Shown here piece by piece: positions 24,945-29,045 of a stretch of 29,045 nt of DNA. The notes beneath the pieces are model-generated. The model saw nothing but the letters and a program-made list of their open reading frames with translations, was not told the origin of the DNA and ran no database searches. How positions within the stretch are numbered: position 1 is the first letter of the stretch; each line of letters begins with the position of its first letter. This DNA comes from a virus. Its lineage: Duplodnaviria; Caudoviricetes. The DNA is taken from the IMG/VR virus record IMGVR_UViG_3300025018_000442, positions 1 to 29,045 of that record. One strand, written 5' to 3'. Both the position numbers and the translations under genes were made by a program.

Positions 24945-25231
24945 GGAGTTTTTACGGGTTCGTTGGGGGTGTTCCTCAGCTCAGTGATCAACCCGGCCTT
25001 GGCCAGTTGCTCCACCCCGTGGAGCCCGTAGGCTTCGGCCAGGCGCACCAGGTGCACCGGCACTTCCAGGATTCGCGGCCCGTGCTCCCTGGCTCCGGGC
25101 AGGCCCCCCCGCAGGTAGCAGCGGCGGATCGTGCGGGGGTGCACCCCCAGCTTGCGCGCCATCACGGGGCTGCGCACCTTGCCGCTTCTGCGGCCGGCGA
25201 TCGCGTCGATCTCGCGGAGGCTGGGCGTCAC
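24941..25231 (-). CDS. Excisionase/MerR-like HTH protein
   Basis: MARKLGVHPRTIRRCYLRGGLPGA; likely GTG start at 25231. Confidence 0.65.
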   Translation of the reverse strand: MTPSLREIDAIAGRRSGKVRSPVMARKLGVHPRTIRRCYLRGGLPGAREHGPRILEVPVHLVRLAEAYGLHGVEQLAKAGLITELRNTPNEPVKTP

Positions 25232-25233
25232 GA

Positions 25234-25422
25234 TCAACGGGCAGCCCTCCAGTTCAAAAAGAAGCGGGCCGTGCCTCGGCGGTGTTTCGTTGTAACCCCA
25301 ACGTATGTCGCAAGCGTCCGCATTTGGCTCTTTGGCTGGCACGGCCCGAAAGTCGGTTTTCCTCCCGCGTAGGAGATTTCCAAAAGCTGCCGGTCCGCCG
25401 GCAATAAGTCGCGCGCCTTCAC
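25234..25422 (-). CDS. Hypothetical protein (62 aa)
   Basis: ATGA overlap with the upstream RHH gene; fills the operon gap. Confidence 0.5.
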   Translation of the reverse strand: MKARDLLPADRQLLEISYAGGKPTFGPCQPKSQMRTLATYVGVTTKHRRGTARFFLNWRAAR

Positions 25423-25604
25423 TGCTTGGCCCTCCGGGTCCGGCGGCGGGCAAATTGCACTTCTGGCGCCGGGCGGTTTGCTATTTGCTGCCTCAAAATT
25501 TGCCCGGCAATATAGCTCACGCTGCGGTCCTGCTTCAGTGCACGGGATTTGATTTCATTCGCTACGTGCTCCGGCACACTGGTGGATATTACTTCGTTGG
25601 GCAT
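25419..25604 (-). CDS. Ribbon-helix-helix regulator (Cro-position)
   Basis: EVISTSVPEHVANEIKSRA..RSVSYIA..IL RHH pattern; first gene of the leftward operon. Confidence 0.75.
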   Translation of the reverse strand: MPNEVISTSVPEHVANEIKSRALKQDRSVSYIAGQILRQQIANRPAPEVQFARRRTRRAKQ

Positions 25605-25685
25605 CTTAAGACTTAGTGAACTTCTAAGACTTAGGATGTGTTTTCTCTTGCGTCAACTCTTTTTCTTACAATTCTTATAAGTATT
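25605..25685. promoter_or_regulatory. Divergent promoter/operator region
   Basis: AT-rich; TAAGACTTAG at 25607-25616 and 25625-25634 (the second within the palindrome CTAAG-A-CTTAG); TTGACG on the minus strand at 25651-25656. Confidence 0.65.
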
Positions 25686-25994
25686 GTGGCAACTAACTCT
25701 GTAGGTCTAGGCAAGGAAGTGATATCCGCGAGCGTCCCTCAGGCTGTCGCCATGGAAATTATTCGGCGGGCCGAGTTGCTCAAATGGTCCAAAAGCAAAT
25801 ACACGGCGGAATTGCTCATCAATTGGTATGAGCAAGGTTGTCCTCCAATTTCGTCCGCCGACGAAATTTTATATAATCACGAACTAAAAGTGGCGGAGGA
25901 ACAGTTGCCCTACAAAAGTGAGGCGGCAGAAAAGCCGCAAGGGGGAGCAAGCGGGTCAACTTCTCCTGTTCCCCCTGTCAAACACGCCAGTTGA
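25686..25994 (+). CDS. Ribbon-helix-helix regulator (repressor-position)
   Basis: The only convincing plus-strand gene; EVISASVPQAVAMEIIRRA..SKS; GTG 25686 preferred over 25638. Confidence 0.7.
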   Translation: MATNSVGLGKEVISASVPQAVAMEIIRRAELLKWSKSKYTAELLINWYEQGCPPISSADEILYNHELKVAEEQLPYKSEAAEKPQGGASGSTSPVPPVKHAS

Positions 25995-26079
25995 TTCATG
26001 GCCCGCCGGGCATAGCCCGTGCCGTTTCAATCTTCCCTGTTGGTGTCTCCCTGCCCCCTCTTGCGCGATGGCTGATTAA

Positions 26080-26451
26080 TTAGCGTTCGTGCATTTCGTT
26101 TTTATCTGGGCCCATGGGTCGGCCCGCCGGTTGGTGGCTCATCCAAGCCAACGCGGCCAGCATCACGGCCAGGGTGATGGCTATCCCCTTCCACGCGCTG
26201 GCCCTTGCCAGTGCTTTTTCTAAAGTTTCCCGCTGTTGTTTGGTGCGGATATATTCGACCATGCTTTGCGCATGCGACCGGGCTTGTTGGGTCGTCGCTG
26301 TAGCCGCTTCAATTTCCCAATCAGATAACGTGCCAGTGTTGAATGCTATCCGTTCTTGCCGTGCTTTTTCTGCGGCCTCAATTTGTGTGTTTGTCTTCCG
26401 TCTCAACACATGCACGCGCTTTTCCGGGTCGTCCTCGTTGTAGGTTGGCAT
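26080..26451 (-). CDS. Membrane-anchored hypothetical protein (possible lysogeny/exclusion)
   Basis: 123 aa from MPTYNEDD; C-terminal TM GIAITLAVMLAALAWM; lies between integrase and repressor. Confidence 0.6.
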   Translation of the reverse strand: MPTYNEDDPEKRVHVLRRKTNTQIEAAEKARQERIAFNTGTLSDWEIEAATATTQQARSHAQSMVEYIRTKQQRETLEKALARASAWKGIAITLAVMLAALAWMSHQPAGRPMGPDKNEMHER

Positions 26452-26483
26452 TGAAGCTAAGGTGCGCAGGTTTCCTGCGTCCG

Positions 26484-27608
26484 TCAATTGCCGCTTGGGC
26501 GCAGTGCGGCCCATTTGCGGGCCTCCGCGCGGGTGCGCAGGTTCAGGTAATGGCGGTGGATCATGGCTTCGCTGGTGCCGGCCTCGCGGGCGGTCAGGGC
26601 ATCGCTGCCGGTCAGCACGGCCCGGTTGCTGATAAAGGTATGCCGGCATATATCCGGGGCCCAGTGCACCTTTGCCGCGGTGGCGATTTCCTCGCGGCCG
26701 TGCCGGCTCAGCGGGGGCACGCTCGCGGGTGCTCCGGCGGCCTTCAGCCAGGCCAGCGCGGCCGGCATCAGTGGCACGGTGCGGTTGGCCCGGCCCTTCA
26801 ATTTTCCACCCTCGATGCGCGCAAACGGGTGGCGGCCGTAGTGCAGCCGGGTTTCCTCGATCTCGCTGGGCCGGGAACCGGTCCACAACAAAACGGCCAA
26901 AGTGCCCAGCCATTTGCCCTGGCGCATGGTCCGGGCGGCCGTCAATACGCGCGCGGTTTCCTCCACATTAAACACGGGCTTGCGGCCATGGGGCACCTTG
27001 GGCCGGGCCAGTCCCTTCAGCGGGTGGTAGGGTATCAGCTGGCGCTCCATCAGCCACGTGCAAAAGGCACTCACGGCATTCAAATCATTGCGGCGGGTCT
27101 GGGGGTGGGCCTTGCGGGCGCGCAGTGGTTCCACGCTCGCGCGGGATATGTCGCCCAGGTTGGTCACGCTGGCCAGTCGCACCCAGAGCCAGAGCCGGGT
27201 GGATAAATTTTTCACGGTTTCATCGGCCAGCCCGTCGTTGCGCCGGTCCTCCAGAAACGCCTCGATCTGCGGGGCGATCGGTTGCACGGCGGCCGCGTGG
27301 CCGGTCACCTGTTCGGTGTAAAGGTTGGCCAGCTGCAGCAGGCTTGTTTCCAGGTGGCCGGCCAGGTCCAGCTTGCGCCGCGCGGCGATGGCGTCGGCTC
27401 TCACGTTTGCATCGAAATTTACCCCCGCCATTCCCTCTGCAGCAATCTGCCGGTTAAGTTCTCGCTGGTAATTTTTTGCCTCCTCCAAATTCAAAAAGTG
27501 CTTGCGCATTTTGCGGGGACGGCCGCGGCTGTCGCGATTTACAAAGTCCAGATATACCACTTGCCACATGGGCAGCGGTTTGGTGATTGCGTAGAGCTTA
27601 GCGCTCAT
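26484..27608 (-). CDS. int: Tyrosine integrase
   Basis: TGSRPSEI (R), KLKGR (K), DICRHTF, AGTS, HRHY (Y); N-terminal arm-binding and core-binding regions; next to att. Confidence 0.92.
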   Translation of the reverse strand: MSAKLYAITKPLPMWQVVYLDFVNRDSRGRPRKMRKHFLNLEEAKNYQRELNRQIAAEGMAGVNFDANVRADAIAARRKLDLAGHLETSLLQLANLYTEQVTGHAAAVQPIAPQIEAFLEDRRNDGLADETVKNLSTRLWLWVRLASVTNLGDISRASVEPLRARKAHPQTRRNDLNAVSAFCTWLMERQLIPYHPLKGLARPKVPHGRKPVFNVEETARVLTAARTMRQGKWLGTLAVLLWTGSRPSEIEETRLHYGRHPFARIEGGKLKGRANRTVPLMPAALAWLKAAGAPASVPPLSRHGREEIATAAKVHWAPDICRHTFISNRAVLTGSDALTAREAGTSEAMIHRHYLNLRTRAEARKWAALRPSGN

Positions 27609-28225
27609 CGCCGGGCGAGATACTGGGCGGCCAATTCAGTCAATGTGATTCCTTCACCCCGCAGCAGGTTAAGCGCCTGTGCCGCGTCGGTTTGTTCTTT
27701 AAGAATTCCCGCCCGCCAGCTGTCGGTAACCGTGGCAAAATATTCGTTGGCTTCATCCTCGCGGGAAAACCACTTCGCAATTCTGACCCGGCGGCCGTTT
27801 CTTTTGCGGCCGGTTGGATCGGCCCAGCAGATTTGGAAGGGTGTGTCCTTGCGCACGGTGCGGTAAAATCTGGGCTGTTCAGCTGATCTCCCCCCCACCC
27901 ACAACGCGGTTGACGCTGCGGCGATGGCGTTTTTTTCCCATGTCAGTTCCAGCGCCGTGCATACCGTGTCAAATTCTACCGCCAGATATTCGCCGGCCAG
28001 CCGGTGTGGTTTATATTGCTTCAGCACTTGGCTTTCTATCTTTCGGGCCCAAGGCGTCGGCATGGTAATGGCCACGTGCAAAGGATTTTCGTGGGCCAGC
28101 TTTTCGTGTTCCCACACCAGCTGTTTGAGTCGCCGGGTTGTTTCTGCTGCAATCCCTATCTTGGTGCGCTTCGAAAAAGCCAAGACATAGAGCATCGCGG
28201 CCCCGTTGGCTGCCGTCAAAGTCAT
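27605..28225 (-). CDS. T5orf172/GIY-YIG-like domain fused to an integrase-type arm-binding domain
   Basis: LYVLAF..TKIGIA..RRLKQL..IESQVL..GEYL; C-terminus aligns with the integrase N-terminus; AAGGA before ATG 28225. Confidence 0.75.
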   Translation of the reverse strand: MTLTAANGAAMLYVLAFSKRTKIGIAAETTRRLKQLVWEHEKLAHENPLHVAITMPTPWARKIESQVLKQYKPHRLAGEYLAVEFDTVCTALELTWEKNAIAAASTALWVGGRSAEQPRFYRTVRKDTPFQICWADPTGRKRNGRRVRIAKWFSREDEANEYFATVTDSWRAGILKEQTDAAQALNLLRGEGITLTELAAQYLARR

Positions 28226-28303
28226 GGCTTGTTCCTTATGAAATGGTCCCCGGTATTGCCACATGGGGCATTCGCTACCACTGGCTACAGTTTGGCGCAA
28301 GTT

Positions 28304-28502
28304 ATTTGACCAATATACTGTCCGTTAGGTCAATTCTGTCATTTTGTCCGCGCTCCCCAAACCATGCCGTTTTACCTATGAAAACAGCCATGGTGCCCAA
28401 GGCGGGACTCGAACCCGCACACCGTGAGGCACAGGCTTCTGAGACCTGAATTCATATGTTGTATATGAACTACTTGTAATTGCATTTGACCACCATTTGA
28501 CC
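28304..28502. mobile_element. attP region with arm-type repeats
   Basis: ATTTGACC at 28304, 28484 and 28495, plus inverted AATTGACC at 28328-28335, flanking the tRNA-derived core. Confidence 0.75.
28391..28448 (-). other. att core: 3' part of tRNA-Leu(CAG), not a complete tRNA
   Basis: Minus strand CAGGT-CTCAGAA-GCCTG, long variable arm, GCGGG-TTCGAGT-CCCGC, CTTGGGC-A-CCA; no D arm or 5' acceptor strand upstream. Confidence 0.92.
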
Positions 28503-28510
28503 TGTATCAA

Positions 28511-29045
28511 TTACTTTCTTAATGCTTGTGCCAGTAATTTCTCGGCGCGCAGTTCCTCGGCGTCGTCATCTCTGCTGGCGGCATCCAGCATTAGTCCGGC
28601 AAACACATCATCGCGCGGCTGTTGGGCAAATCGCTCACGATAGGCTGTGCTTGCTTTTTTACTGGGGAACAGCTGCCGTTCACGGCGCTTGAACACCTCC
28701 ATGCGCTGCACATAGCGGTAGGCTTGGCGCACATCTTCCTGGGCGGCGGGGCTCAGCTCGGCAAAGAATTGCTGCCGGTATTCGCGTTTCAACGTCTGCA
28801 GGGGGTCTGCCGCGCGCACGCTTGCCGCAAATCGTTCGGCCGTGTAACCGGTGGCCAGCAGTTTGTGGTAAAACTGGATGGCGGCCGGCACGTCGGCCGC
28901 GCGCAGGGTCTTTCGGAAATTAGCCAGCAGCTTGGCGTCGGCCCGGTTGTTGGCCCCAAAGTCAACGGTGCCGCCGTGGGCCTTTTGCCAGGCGTCCACG
29001 CGGTCCAGTGTGGCGTAGTAGCCCCATTGCTCAGGGTCGCGCCGG
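28511..29045 (-). CDS. C-terminal part of a large helical protein (probably internal virion/ejection protein); 5' end outside window
   Basis: The frame is open to the window edge (RRDPEQWGYY...). The function is inferred only from position at the end of the late operon. Confidence 0.6.
   Translation of the reverse strand, partial: RRDPEQWGYYATLDRVDAWQKAHGGTVDFGANNRADAKLLANFRKTLRAADVPAAIQFYHKLLATGYTAERFAASVRAADPLQTLKREYRQQFFAELSPAAQEDVRQAYRYVQRMEVFKRRERQLFPSKKASTAYRERFAQQPRDDVFAGLMLDAASRDDDAEELRAEKLLAQALRK

Noticed and set aside
20767-24967. Shared CGGGTTCGTTGGG (PNEP) at two gene ends as attC remnants
   Set aside because: No adjoining hairpin or complementary R'' box.
28391-28448. Functional tRNA-Leu gene
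   Set aside because: Only the anticodon arm to CCA is present; there is no D arm or 5' acceptor strand, so it is treated as an att core.
1-29045. CRISPR array, diversity-generating retroelement or IS element
   Set aside because: No regularly spaced repeats, reverse transcriptase, TR/VR pair or transposase seen by eye.

Overview
The window is part of a GC-rich temperate podovirus-like phage in its excised (attP) configuration. Almost all genes are on the minus strand. From right to left: the C-terminal end of a large (probably virion) gene; attP, containing the 3' half of tRNA-Leu(CAG) flanked by arm-type repeats; a T5orf172/GIY-YIG-like gene; a tyrosine integrase; a divergent pair of related ribbon-helix-helix regulators; an early/replication region (DUF2303 pair, Tad1-like anti-defence sponge, C5 DNA methyltransferase, DHH phosphoesterase, GT9 and GT34 glycosyltransferases, SSB, minimal PolX, replication initiator-like protein, NTase-like protein); then terminases, portal, scaffold, capsid, fibre, membrane/lysis-like and tail adaptor genes. 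The most striking element is an integron-type attC cassette array at 12745-13492, just before the terminase genes. Its core-site complementarities indicate that a resident phage attC site captured two cassettes whose genes lie antisense to attC (sense to the phage operon), and no integron integrase is present in the window. Other notable items are a nuclease-like protein carrying a copy of the integrase arm-binding domain, an RHH-based immunity switch, and an S26 peptidase next to a u-spanin-like lipoprotein. All family assignments come from motif recognition, not database searches. A Verrucomicrobia-like host is only a guess from integrase style and SD-poor leaders.
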